The position numbers and the translations under genes are program-made. The notes beneath the pieces are model-generated. The model was not told where the DNA came from. It did not search any database and saw nothing but the letters and a program-made list of their open reading frames with translations. This document shows positions 36,931 through 51,200 of a stretch of DNA of 64,000 bases, piece by piece; position 1 is the stretch's first letter, and every line of letters begins with the position of its first letter. Origin of the DNA: Lingula anatina (taxonomy: Eukaryota > Animalia > Brachiopoda); NCBI GenBank assembly GCA_051362555.1, contig CM120642.1, positions 9,548,001 to 9,612,000 on the forward strand, written 5' to 3'.

Positions 36931-39449
36931 GAAGTCTAGCACAGTGATTTATTAAGTCTGTAAGCTGCATTTTTGTTTTCAAATCTTTTAAAAGCTCTTA
37001 GATCCCATCTGAAGAAGCAACATGAGATAAGAAGCTTATCACCCAAGTTCCTATGCAAGTGTAAAAAGTATATACTGGGTCACTATATTGGTTAAAAAAA
37101 GGTTACATAGCAATGGACTAGCTAGCCTGAAGAAACTGATTTACATTCAGCAACGTAAAACTGTGCTGCATAAGACAACACGTAAAGGGCATCGAAGGCA
37201 CCATCCTAAAAAATCATCCAAGCTTGTTTTTAACTATTTGAAAATAGTCGTCGGACATCAGCTTTACATAGTCTATTCTAACGCTGACATTCATATTTTT
37301 CATTTCAATAAATAATACATACATTGTGTGACCCAATGTTAAATAAACATTCTTTTTGAAATCAGAAAGGCTGTTGTTCATAAAACCATCCTTCCATTAG
37401 TAACAAACTCTGACTATGGATAACAAATAGGTATTTCAAATTCTGTCGGGATTATCAATAGATTAAAAAGCATGTTCAAGAAGTTTTTAAGTGATCGTTA
37501 TGGTATAATTGTTTCCCAGTTTCAACATGCGACTACATGCAGATGCAGTGCATACTTGGACTGGCCACATATAATGTATTTCTATATGTCCAATGGGATT
37601 GATACACGTAGAACAAATGTGCAAATTCCCCTCAGGCAGATTCTAAATCTGCTCTCTCACAGTTTCATTGCCATAGGACCGAGGTCAACGCTATATGACT
37701 GCAATGAAGTATGATTCCACGATATATGACTATGAATAAAAGCTATCGATAGACCAATTATATTGGATTTTAGCGAAAAACGGGGCTTTGCTATGAGAAA
37801 ATTCACCGGGAAAATTCTTGGGGCAACATAAGGCCTTCAACGGACCGTAATCAGTTGAGAAACCTTTATCACCATTTTTTTCCATTTTAACGGGGAAGTA
37901 TGCTCGTTTACGGGCGTAATAGTTACATGGTTATGCACAGGCGAATCAGAACTCTAGGTACACTGCGATAACTTGATTTCATGCCATATTTTGGCATTTT
38001 CTCGCCCCACTTTCCTAAATTTCTTACTGTCGCCTTTCAGGAAGGAAACATACAGGGTACATAAACACTTAATTTGATATGATTCATGAACTGTAATAAT
38101 TTTTTTAATGTCCTGAATGCCAATAAATGGATGCAAGCAAATTGAAATTGCCAACAAGCGTTCATTAAAATCTCACCTCATTTTCACTTAAACAACAACT
38201 CCGGCGTTCAGAAAAACTGCAAACCGACCAAAAACCACAGAACTTGTGCTGCATATACTCTGCACGTTGACCAGCGCCATATTAAAGTGGATACATGTCA
38301 TGTCAGTCGTGTCATGTATTGATTATTCCTCCATACGTCATTAGCAATAAGGTATTCAATTGGCTCATGAAATTATATACTCCCTGATTGGCTGAACCTA
38401 TATAATAAGGGCGGAGTCAGATATATTTTCTGTCCAGCCTCCATTTTTGACCCATCAATGAAAACTTTAAAATATGACCGTCTCCCGGAAGTCGACCTAA
38501 ATCCGCCCCTGTTATATTAGCTTTTTTCCAATAACAAAACAAACCAGCTCACAAATAAAATGGGACATGTGCATGAATGGAACACCGCATGAACAATCGT
38601 AACATCTGTACTATTAACTGGAGCAACGAGTTATTCAATTGTCCGAACCTATCATCAATATATGTACATACATGTATATTGGCTCTTTTCCAATAGCAAA
38701 ACAATTGATCATAACAATCTGTCTTCAATCTATGAGTCAGAATGTGCATGTACATACATTTATGATCGACATACGTGTTTTACATACATGTGTTACATCT
38801 CTACTGTGGTCCTCAAATCAAAGTCGGAACCTTGGTCCTAAATTTTTCCAAGGCTAAATAACTTTGTATTTATGCGTGGTACTATTAACTTATAAACTGT
38901 TTAATTTCATAAATTACATATAATAAAAAGTTCCCCTGATGAGCTTTCCGACAAAACGGCAGTTTAGTAAAAATGGTTATTCTAATTCATTATTTTATGA
39001 TAATAATAATTACAGTATTATTATTCAGCTCCTCGATAAAAGAGTAGAGCACTGTTTTAATGAAAAAGTTAATATCTTTATGGGAAGAGGGCTAAAATTT
39101 GCCGATGGAGCTGTGAACCAACATTTCAGTATACATATATGTATACAATATATGGAACGCATTCATACATGATGTCTTATTTGTCAAATACAACACGGCC
39201 GAGACTATTGTTCTACGCGCCATTCGGGTTTTAATTTACTGTAACTACACATTACAGCCGCGCAGAGATTTTCATATCCCGAAATGACTGTTACTATTTT
39301 ATTGTTGAGCAACTGAAATTACCTTATATATATCAATATCCGTAAAGATTCATATGGTCATAGAGTCAAAAATGATACATGTGTGATTCTAGGTAAATTC
39401 CCCTAAACTCATTTATATTTTCATATCATTTTACCTCAAAGTTATATTG

Positions 39450-39559
<110 letters not shown>

Positions 39560-40294
39560 TTGGGGGAGATGTTGTAGATAATTATGTATGCTTGATTTTT
39601 GTCAAACAAAGAAAATGCGCCACCCGTGCACTTGACAGTAAATCATAACCTCTACTTATCACATTTCTATTCTGAAATAAATAATGAGGCTAATGGCTGC
39701 TTGTTTCTATTTTCAGCTAAATAAGATCGTCTTTATGGACCGGTAATAAGGAGCATCTGTCAGACATTATGAAAGTGCAAGGAAGATCCATCTATACACT
39801 CCACGGAACACCCAGCCAACCGTCCACGTGGGTTTTCAACTACAAACATTACTTTCATACCCATGCTTTAGTCAGAGGTGTTTTTCTGTGTCTGAAATAT
39901 AAAATCAACCGCCATTATAGGGATTTGTCGTGGTGCATGCACGTGGTAAAATAGTTTTGGTATGAATATATCAGGTTGAGAGTCATTTTTATCTATTGAG
40001 AAAAAGCACAATTGCTGATCATTTTAAGCGATCTATTCCTCTGTTTCCTCGAGCGTCTGGCTCGGGTAATTAAGTTTTAAATGGTTGTAATATGCCAAAT
40101 TTAATAGTATGAAATGAAATGATACGGGTACATTGTAACGGTATCGTTCATGTAAAACATTTAATAGTTATTTATCAACCCGTAGATCTTTACACTTAAG
40201 TATAATTTAAGTCTTGTTCCCTTGACATTAGATGACTACATATTTTATTGCTACTGTATGAACTAATGTTTACTCAAAGCAAAGTGATCTATGT

Positions 40295-40337
<43 letters not shown>

Positions 40338-43300
40338 AATAACCTCTCTACCTTAATGCCGCGCCAACAGCGAACATTGTGTTTAAATAAAGAAGGTGCT
40401 GGTCTGTATCATTTGATTCGAGTCAATTGCTTTCCTGATATTGTAAATTATATGATTTTTTAGGTCATGCCCATACACTGATCTAGCTTGAACGTTCACT
40501 TTATCAATAATAAGCACCGCTGTATTGGAAAAAAACTGTGGTGTGGACCAACAAAACGTAAAGAAAACAAAGTAGAAAGCATGCTAACACACAATAAGAC
40601 AAGGTTGCGTGAGCACCATTGCGCTGGAAAACATGAGATGAAGTCAAAATACAATACCCACCAAGGCATGTTCACACATAATATTATCACGCTGGAAAAA
40701 TACTGTGACTTCGAAAATATAGTTCTTTGATGCGTGGACACGTGAGCACTCGAATTCTCAAAACATGAAAACATTCGCACGGAAAGGTCACAATCTGGCA
40801 CTTCAATTGTGGTGGCAGAAAGGTGTAATGAACTATAACTCTCAAGGCCTAATCGATTTTAATGAATACACCAAGAATACATTATCGTTTTTTACTTATG
40901 TCAATTTCATATACCTATTGTCTCTTACATTTTGTGTATATACTATAGGGTTAAATGTTACATTGATATGAATCGTGACCGTTTTAACTTTCCCACGTCA
41001 CGTAAGCACCTTTTACATCTTAACCCAGGTGACATCGAAAAAAATCCTACGCCGGATTTAGACATCGGTATTTAAATCAATGCAGTACTACCATACTTAA
41101 GTAGTATCTTACCATTTAGTGCTATGACAGTATTATCCGTAAATTGTTAGATCTTGCAATCCACTTCCTTATGTCGATTTTTTTTCCACTGGACCATTTA
41201 ATTCTAAAACTCTTATCAAATAGAAAGGTAAAAGGCGACTAATGTGCATTTAAAAATATTTAAAAGAATTTTAAAGTCAAGTGCTTCAAAGCTCGAGTCT
41301 AGTCCTTTCAACTTTCCATTTGATAAGAGTTAACTACTTTGATGGATTAGTTTATTTAAAACTTCGAACTGATACACTTGATAAACACACAGTGCTCAAA
41401 ATTTGTCACGTGCTTGGACTGTATAGTATTTCATCATAAGTAAATAAATTAGATATATTAAAACAAAAACAAATCTTTAAGGAGGGATTTCAAAATTCAT
41501 AAATAAGGGCCCATCCCTATTGAAACTATCATTCTTCGCAGATCGTACCAACTTTGAATGTATTTACATTAACATGCCTCCTCGTTCCCAACGTACCCGT
41601 ATAATTATCAATTAACCTTATTGCATTCAGCGAGAGTCGCAGCGGAGTTTGATCGAATGTCGCAGAATGTCGATGGACGTAGTTTCATTGGGAATGTGTC
41701 GTTCTTACTTAAAAGAGCATATTATTTTGTGCTCTTCAATAATAATGATAATAAAATGAAAAGACTAGAGCAGCATATTTTTGGAACACATAACTTTATT
41801 CACAAATTCGTAAATGGAAATTATTACAGTTTTCCAAATATATGAAATACAAAGTTCAAGGTTGTAAACGTTCTTTAAAACAAAACTTCCACTTTGAATT
41901 ATGTAAAAGCTTGCTTAAACAATCATTGCATTTCTTAAATTTCAGTCTCCATTTATTATAAATCATACATTTTCATGTTTATGTTTGAATTGTCACTTTC
42001 TTGTCCATTTCAAATGATGGGTTGAATGCCAAATTTATAGTTAGTGAACCTTTTTTTCAAAGCAGCATTACATCAAAGCAAAGTGAACAATGCACACCCA
42101 GACAAAATGAGAACACACTGATAATATAATGAATATCCAGTTACATTATTTTTAAACACTTTTTTTAGATTTCATTTTTGTAACCTTTTTTTTAGATTTT
42201 TTTTTCTTTTTCTTAAGAGGTTTGCTTCCCCCATTTCCTTATCTAGGATAATGTTGTTAAACACATACCACTATGTACCAGTATATATAATCAACATTTC
42301 ATGTAATTAAGGGATAAACTAAAGTTATACCTAATATAACAACGTTAAGTTTAAACTAAGCAATACTAAATCAGAGTGCTTTTAGTAGTTTACAAATGAG
42401 AAAACTGGTTATATTTCGCCATTTGTGCACAGCCTGTTTACCTAAGTAATTTCTTTCTTCATAGGGTTCTAAAAAGCAACTTCATCTCCTGGTGTACATA
42501 AACCTTCTGTACCCAGTTATGACTTAGTCTTAGTGCTTTTGCCAACACATACTATATCATTGAACTTGACATGCCACATTCCTTACTATTTTTTTAAAGG
42601 TGAGTAATACATTTTAACATAATATTATAACTTTAATCACACTGAAATAATGAAAAAAAAAACTTATTTACAATATCTTGTTTCTGGGAGATGATGCACA
42701 CTAGGCGATATGGATATCGAGCTCAAGAATGCTTTTCAAAGCATCTCTCTCCATGAAACCGCATTACAAAGGACCCAAGTCAGCCCTTTTAAAATAGCAA
42801 TATATGGAGCCATGTGCTTCGATTTCCCTAAAGTCTATACTCTGAATACAAAGCACTTTGTCCATTCCCAATTTTTGATAACATGCATATCAAGACAAAC
42901 AAAAAGACCACTGTAAATATTTATCAGGATTATAGAAGATAAAGAAAAGACAATTCAGGAATCCAGGACAATGAAAATCCAAGTTTAACTGGAAACCTCC
43001 AAATATACTAATATAAGATAATGATATGAAAAAACTTCTTACATTTCTTCTTGTTACCTGACACAATAATGAGGTTAAAGAAATAAATAGATTATCACAA
43101 AAAGTAGCATACTGAGTGTTATAACTTATGAAGTAGGCTTAACCTAGGAACAAAAATATTCCTCCATGTCAGATTAATGATCCAATGTGTCAAAGTGCTT
43201 CATCAAGTGCTTTAAATAACTTAATATCCAAATAAATCAGGCCAGCAATAAAAAGGGGGGGTTGGGGGGGGCAGCAAATGAAATGTCTTTTTTGTTGGAA

Positions 43301-43360
43301 AAAGATCCCTTCCCGTTAAAATTTTATCTATGTACACTAAGGTTTTATGGTGAAAGTTTA

Positions 43361-43526
43361 CCCTCTACCAGGGCTAGTGATAGATTTTTTACAGATATTC
43401 ACAGATCTGTCTCTAGCTAGATAGCTGGTCATTTAGGGCTCAACTCAGCCCTAAATGGCCATCTATCTACCTAGAGATATATCTGTGAATATCTGTAAAA
43501 AATCTATCACTCGCCCTGGCAGAGGG
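43361..43526. mobile_element. Palindromic (fold-back) MITE
   Basis: Near-perfect ~80-bp inverted arms ccctctaccagggc... / ...gccctggcagaggg flanked by TA. Absent from the paralogous copy near 29845. Confidence 0.85.
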
Positions 43527-44249
43527 TAGTAAATGGTCCTCTTTTTCAGAAAAAGAGCCCTCTTTTTGAAATTGCTGGCCATGTGATAAATACTCACAGC
43601 ATCTTATAATGTGCACAAAGTATCTGACTTGGCTTGATTATACAGTGCATTTGAATATATACGTAACAATTACAAAATAAAGCAATACTGCATAATACTA
43701 TTTTAAAACACTAAGCCATCACCTCAGATATATGTACCAAACAACAACAAAAAATCTAAATATACAGTTTCATCAAACTAATATAATTTACACTTTGATA
43801 TATAGGAAGCAAACAAGCATAAATATAGGCAAGGCAATTCACACAATGTTTCTTTTTTTTTTTTCAAGTCAATTCAGACTATCATTCAGGTCTTTGTGTG
43901 AATCAAACCAAGCCACATCCCAGTTGTGATAATGACCTTCATCATAAGGGATTCAGTATATGGCTGGGTTAGTTTAGGGGCAGGGGGGGGTGATCATAAG
44001 GATACATCAATTTCGTGTCAGCAGATCGATTTCCCACTCACAAAAACCACCAAAATATTTCAACAGCTCTGTTCCTGTAGGCCACATTCAGTGGACTAAC
44101 TAGTCCATGGGTCAAATATGGCTACCCCACTTGAATAGTTCCCAACAAGGAATCTATTCAGTGTCTTTTAGCAGATTAGACAGCAAGCTTTTTAGTTGGT
44201 CACCACAATTGGCCCTAGTTAGTCTTCTCTTCTGAATGCAGCCACAGAT

Positions 44250-44471
44250 AGGCCATTCACATTAGAACGTTACACTTGTGCGCGTGCGCTTCATTGTAGA
44301 CATCCAGTCTTGACCGCGGTCAGGAGTTTACTCCGATTATACTCACCTCCCGATCTGGGTTTATTTTGACCGCGGTCAGGGCTACGTCGTCCGTTCACAT
44401 TAGAAAAGTTAACCGCGATAGGACCGAGGTCAGGCTTTGACCGCGGTTAAAAGTGCTAGTGTGAATGGGGT
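44250..44471. mobile_element. PIF/Harbinger-like MITE
   Basis: Termini ggccattcacattag / ctagtgtgaatgggg and internal ttgaccgcggt repeated three times. Confidence 0.6.
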
Positions 44472-45358
44472 AAGAGTGTCACAGCATTCTTAAGCAAGGA
44501 GGAAGGAGCAATCTTAACCAACAATATATGCACTTTGGTGCACTGATCATGGGTATACAATTACCAGCATTAAATGTAAATTCTTAGAACAAATACCACA
44601 GCAGCATTGCCTGCTTTTCTGGCCCCAGTTTCACAAACAAACTTAAGTCAGTTCCAGTGGCTATCATCTTTGTTACCAATGTTACATGGTCACATGCACA
44701 CATCTTACCCTATCTGGAACAGTGTTACAGCACTCTCATGGACACATGCACATATCCTTAGCCAGGGCACTGACTAAAGTTTGTTTTTGGAAACAGGACA
44801 GGGATAGGAGAAACCTGCTCCATGTTTATTACATGGCTACTTTGACAACAAAACACCACGGTAATGGTCAATTTCTGATTAGTTTTCATCTGGGTCATAC
44901 ACTGAATAATAAGAGGTAGATTTAAACACTAGCTACCTGAACATGAGGACCCAGGTGAAAACTTACTCGCGAAATAGAACCACCATCAGTGCTGGGAGCT
45001 ATTTTACATACACTTTCACCTCAAATCATTTTACACAAGACAAAATGTAATATACTCATTTCTACAAGGGCCACCTTTTAGTATTTTTTCTCTCAATGGA
45101 CATTTTTACCGTGGTCAGTAAAAATTCAGAAACAGGAAATCATGCACATTTTTTTCACAGATACTACTGTATGGAATTTTTCTTAACATTATCACTGAAG
45201 TATTTAACACACATCAGCAATATCACAAAGACCATTAAGTAGCTCTGCAGTGTGAGTAACTTACACTTTGTGGTTCTTCAAATACTGTTAAGAATACATT
45301 CTACATTGGCCTTCTTGGGAGATCCTGCTGGAATTTCAAGTAATGATCCTTTTCAAAG

Positions 45359-45482
45359 CACCCTGAGCTTCAGAGATAACTTGACACTAACCTCTTCACT
45401 GTAGTCTATCTTCATCGTGTCAAGTTACTTGATAGACTACAGCGAAGAGGTTAGTGTCAAGTAATCTATGAAGCTCAGGGTG
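45359..45482. mobile_element. Palindromic MITE with 8-bp TSD
   Basis: Arms caccctgagcttca...gtagtctatc / gatagactac...tgaagctcagggtg; tttcaaag duplicated at 45351-45358 and 45483-45490. Confidence 0.85.
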
Positions 45483-46045
45483 TTTCAAAGGTGCAGCATT
45501 TCTCATTTTCACATTTCCTACAATAGAAAAACTTTTGGCTTGGTCCATGCTCTCTCTACTAATTTTCAAATATATTTGTTATTTAAAGTTCTTACCAAAG
45601 TCACCATATAAGTTTGTTGGCTCCTTACACTACCCACTGTATGAAATGATCAATAGGAGTAACGCTGCACAAATTTGAAAAAAAAGTCCATCAAAATTGT
45701 GCTTGTCAAATGATTCAGCTACTTGCTAAATTTAAGAAAACCTCACTTACACTGACAAAATATTACAATTTTTGTGACCATAATCATTACTTTAGAAGGA
45801 ACTCCAATGCAAGAATGAATTTTTCATTAAAGATAACTCCACAAGCCAAGGGTAGTCAGTTATCAAAGGCTTTAACCTCCACTGTCCTCAGTAGGACAAC
45901 CCTATTCTCCTCCAGGGGTCCAAAAACCCCACTAGAAACTTATCATATCTTATGCTGGTGGCACAACAAGAGGGGGTGTGTATATCCGTTAAAGTAACTG
46001 AATTCAGCAGGAGTCCCTACAGAGCTGGATGGATCTATGTAGATT

Positions 46046-46217
46046 CTGGGGTAGCGCGAGCAATTTTTTCCCTTAGCCAAATCACCACGTTTTTGTCAAT
46101 TTGTAATCCAAATGGTTCTAATTTGACTAAAATTAGTCAAATCAAGCCCTTTTTGTTTAGCAAATTTTAGTCAGTTTTAGCATTTGGCTAAATTGGCGAG
46201 TGTTAGTGCTACCCCAG
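46046..46217. mobile_element. Small TIR element
   Basis: Termini ctggggtagc / gctaccccag; internal ttagccaaa / tttggctaa. Confidence 0.5.
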
Positions 46218-48202
46218 ATATAGATACCGGTAGTTTCAATGGAAATGAGCCTTAAGCTTATATTGGTAAATACATTAAGGAATGCATTTACTGACGATAG
46301 ACCGACTCTTCATAGAGTAAGTCTTCCCTGTTGATGGTCCAATCACAAAAAAATCAATGTAATCCTCCTGTTCTTTTACACCTAGTATAGGTCTGATTTT
46401 TGGGGAATAATAAAAATTCATCAAGTGCCTTAGGTACCCTTAGCAAAATGAAAAGCTTGGTATTAATGTTCTTGCACATTTGCAAGAAAGTTAGCAACAG
46501 GCCTGATATTTTGCTAAAGGTAAGCTTATCTCGATCAGCCAGCCAGTAGAGAATAATTAGGCCCTTTTCACATTGCTTGGTGTACTCATCTGTATTGCAA
46601 CTTTCAATTTTAATTACAATGCATTTCCCTTTTTCTTGCTCCATTTCACAAGTTTGCTACTACCTGTTTTGGACAATCAAAATTTATCCAATCAATTGTG
46701 TGAAGTGCATACCTATGCATATAAGGCCCAGACATAATAGCCAGGCCATTAAGTTCAGGGCTGAGACTGAGGTTAAGTTGAAAAAAAAAAACAGAAATTC
46801 AATGGTAGAAGGAAAAATATAATCTATTTAAGTTGTCAATTTTTCGAATTGTTGCAATCTAGGTACACTGCACAATATGAACAGGGCCTTATGTTCAATA
46901 GGGCAACCCATCTTCAGTATAAACACTCCTTTGTAACTGATCCTGTAATTGGGCTAAGTAAAAAAAAAAAAAGTACTGCTGTACCGGTATACACATAGAC
47001 AATAATTTTTCAATGGTATTTCTACCATGAAAAGCTCTTGCAAGGTGCACTCACACATGGGTTATTCATTTCAGAATTTGGGGTTGATGCCAACAGAAAT
47101 CTTGTGGGACATCCCATAGCTCCTTATGATCATTATTTTTCAGTGTCAACCAAAAATCAAGTATTATAACTTGGTTACATATACTGATGCTATGACGCAT
47201 ACACACATACAAGCTTGGCTGGTACATTGTGCAATAAAAAACTCCCCCCCCCCCCACCCCTAAACTTAATTCTTCTCATTTCTCATTTATATTAAGTTAT
47301 AAAATGATCTTATTGAAGTGCTCACAGTTTTTGTCTTGACCACTACAGGAATATGACATCTTAGGTCTTAATTTCACGCCAGCTGTGGTCAAGACAGAAG
47401 TTAAATATGACTCAAAATTTGTTGTAAATGTCATGTGGTCATATGACACTGAACATTTGGGCAGTTCCACACTGTTAGAGGACAAAGAACATGTTAAGGT
47501 TGTTCATTTTCTCTATGAACAACTCTTTTCTTGTTTTTTTTTCTTCTTCTTTTTCAAGCACATTAAAACTTTCTTATTTTGGACAGAAATATTGCACACA
47601 TCAGTTTTTGTGCCTGAAATGGAGAGAAACATGTCCATACATAGTACAGAACTTATCAAGACCCATTTTGTTGAAGCCTTAAGCCACTTATGCAGACCTT
47701 TGTTGATTAAAGGTTCATGTGCATTCAATAACCTTGCTCACATCCTACTAATGTCCTGACTGTTCTTAAAACTCAGGTATTTGACTGTATATGTATCTTC
47801 AAAAAGTATATAATATGTAAATAAATCATAATGAAAAAAAAAAATGAAAAGTACATATCAAATAATAACAATAACAATAAAAATAAAAAATATATATTGC
47901 ACAATGTACTGGCCCATGTCTGTGTATATGAGCGTAATAGCACCAGTATAACACCAAATTTTCCTTACAATGAAAGATATCAAAAATGTCTTTTAAAATC
48001 CCTGTCCTTGACCATTTTTCCAGAAATGTAGTCCTAACCCCTAGGATCTCAACACTAGTGGGCTTGATATCAAGACATGCATACATAGTCTTAGGCAAAA
48101 TCTGCTCAGTGATATCAACCTGAGCAGATTGCAGGGCATCCATAAATGTAATACTTATTAAACTATGGCTGACACTGAAAAATGCAACCCCCCTCTGCCC
48201 TT

Positions 48203-51200
48203 TTATAAATCCGCAGTATCCACCACCACCTTCAGAAACATAGTGTCTTCTTTCACGTATGCTGTTCCTTGTTTTTCTAACTGGGTCAGAGCCATGAAGA
48301 GGGGGCAACCACTGGCGATGTTCATTTCTGAGGTTGGACGCTTGAAACTGGAGCTGGTAGGATCCGGCCTGAAGGCGTCTATTATGTGCTCGCGGTTGTT
48401 CTGGTCCAGCAGCATGAAAGTGACCTTCTGTTTGAATGGCCAGCGGAGGAGGGCATCGTAATGACCTCTCATCACCACGAAAAAAAGGCTAACATGGCTG
48501 CCCTTCCCCATCCCATCACCATTCAGGTAAATTCGACAGCACATCTTGTAGCCGTGGGGACCAGTGTAGAAGGATGGGGAATACAGGCTGGTGACTCTAC
48601 CTGATAAATAAATAATTGAATACGATATTTCTGTTACACATCATTTTCAACATTTGTCATTAAACGGATGCCATCAAGCAAGTTGTCATAATGCAGTAAC
48701 AAACTATTGCCATGAATGCACTTAATTCCATTGTATATATATATATATAGGAATGTTTAATACACAACAGACAGTTTTTTATAGTTTACAAAAACTAATG
48801 ATATGTCTACTTCACATACAAAAACACACATCACAAAATAATATTGTACATGGTGCAAACCACATACTGCCACAGTAACATTAATATCATGATCATGGCA
48901 TGACGTATACTGCAACTGTAACAATAGAAATACCAAAGCACTTATTTAATTCTTGTCCAAATGTCATCTCTTAATGCCAAAATTGTAAACGTCCCAATAT
49001 CACACGCACAAATAAATAGATAAATGAACAAATAAAAAACAATTTAAAAATTTACCTGTAATAGCATCATGGCGTTTACGGCTGAAATCTGAAATTTTCC
49101 AAATCAAGATCCCATCAAAGCTTGCATTTTCCAGGGCTTGAATGCGCAGGTCTTGCTCAGCCATTGAAACATCCTTCAAGGCGATGACTCTTTCCAAGGA
49201 CTTTATTTTGCGTTCATTACCCTCCAGTGCCTCTCTATCAAGACGTCGTTGTCCTTCGTAGTTTTCCAACTGGGTGCTACATTTTTCTACCTCCCGATTA
49301 AGAACTGCCACAATACCTTCAAAAGTGTTGACTTTGCTGTCTGTTATCCCTTCCTGTGTCTTGAGTTGGTCTATTATCTGGGAGATGCCACTGTCAATAG
49401 ATGGGGAGGAGGACGCAGCTGCTAATGCATAAGCCGTGCCCGAGTCCGCCTCCACCCGTGACCTTTGTGACATCACAGTGACCTTCTGATTTAGATCAGC
49501 AACCTTGGCCTGACACACTTTCATGTTGGAATCCAAAATGGACAAGCGACCTTAAAAATACATACAGAAATATCTTCATTAGAACTTATAATAATACATC
49601 CATTAAAAAAATTCTAGAATTTGTATCATTAGAAAATCATTAATCAATTCAACAAAATGAAATTTTATCAACACATCATCAGAGACAATGAGTTTCTAAC
49701 TTTTTAATACTTTATCCTTTGTGAGATGATTATCCAGTCCAATGTCAATCACCTATTAAAGCTTGTAGATGTTCCTCTTCACCCTGCTGGCGCTTCTGTT
49801 TAATTTCAGCCTCCAGCTTTTCCATTTTCTCTCTCACCTGATCAAGATGGAACACAGCAAATTGCTCCATGTGCTGGCCTTCCTTATTAACTTCATACTG
49901 AAAACAGTGTTTTTAAATTAATGAAAAAAATCTTTAATCCAAAATTACATAGCCCAAAATATTATCAACAGAATTTTTATGTTGTTTGTGTCTATTTTCA
50001 CATCCTTACATATATGTATAGTGTAAATATAATGCACTTGAAAAGAACCTATTGTTAAACATTTTAATAGCCCTTAAAGTCAGTTAAATTAAAAATATAT
50101 CAGACAGAGAAAAGTTCTAACAGCTTTATAATCACTAAAGGACCAGGACACCCACTAGCTAAGACCATGAAAAAATCTTTTTAAAGCTAACAATGTGTAA
50201 TTCAATTTTTTATAGTGAATATAATATAACAGCTGGATAAAAAACAACACAAAACGTGAAGTTGATGGTTCTGTTTGCCACATAATTTCTTTTAAATAGT
50301 GGTAATTTTTTTAATTGGATGCCCTGTACTTCCAAAATTTGGTTGAGAGATATCTTCTTAAAGTCCACAGCTACACACCTTTTCCTTGCAGCCAAATTTG
50401 CACAGAGCTTTATCCCTTCTGCATGTTTTCAGGTGATCAGGCATCTGCAGGTGGAAAAGAAAGTTGTGCCATACACAGTACAGGATTTTAGAATTCAGGA
50501 CAAAAATGAAATAAACTAAATAACAAAAAGATGCAATTTTCTGATACTTTTGATGTACATGTATATAAAATGCACAAATCTACCTAAAATGGTCTGGCAC
50601 ATATAGATAAAGCAGGCCTGTAGCCAGCCATTTCAAAGGGGGATCCTTTTTCTGAAAAAGTGGACCTATTTTTGACGAGACTGCCACAAACCTAGATCAA
50701 ATTTTACCTGGAGCAGCCCATTTTCCTGCAAAAAGGGCAGTTCATTCAAATACCCTTGGCTACAGGCCTGTACAGAACTCAAAAGATACCAGTGTCATCA
50801 ACAATCTACATGTGGCACATAACTTGACTGGAAAATGTTGTAAGACTAGATCTACGCAATCAGCACAAGATGGCATGTCAGGCAAGCAATAAGTCACCTG
50901 GCATCAAAAAGCAGAGAACAGCTACCAGTTATCAGCAAGCTACACAGGAGTACATTTAACAGCAGGTAAAGGTTTGTGCTTTGTATTCCTTGTAAGCCAC
51001 AAGGCAAGACTCAGTTGACAATGGCTCAGTAGTTTGTTGACACACTGTAATATCATTTAAAACTAGAAAAGCACTCTGACAGCGCAGATCTCTGCCAAGG
51101 CAGCGATTTTTTTATTATTGGTTGATTATTGATCCAGATCACCACCAAAAACTAATCACTTCTAAGTACCAATTTCCCACCTACCCTGAAAATTTCATCA

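Noticed and set aside
40296-40335. Long poly(A) tract as a retrocopy tail
   Set aside because: No identifiable parent gene or target-site duplication; treated as a simple repeat.
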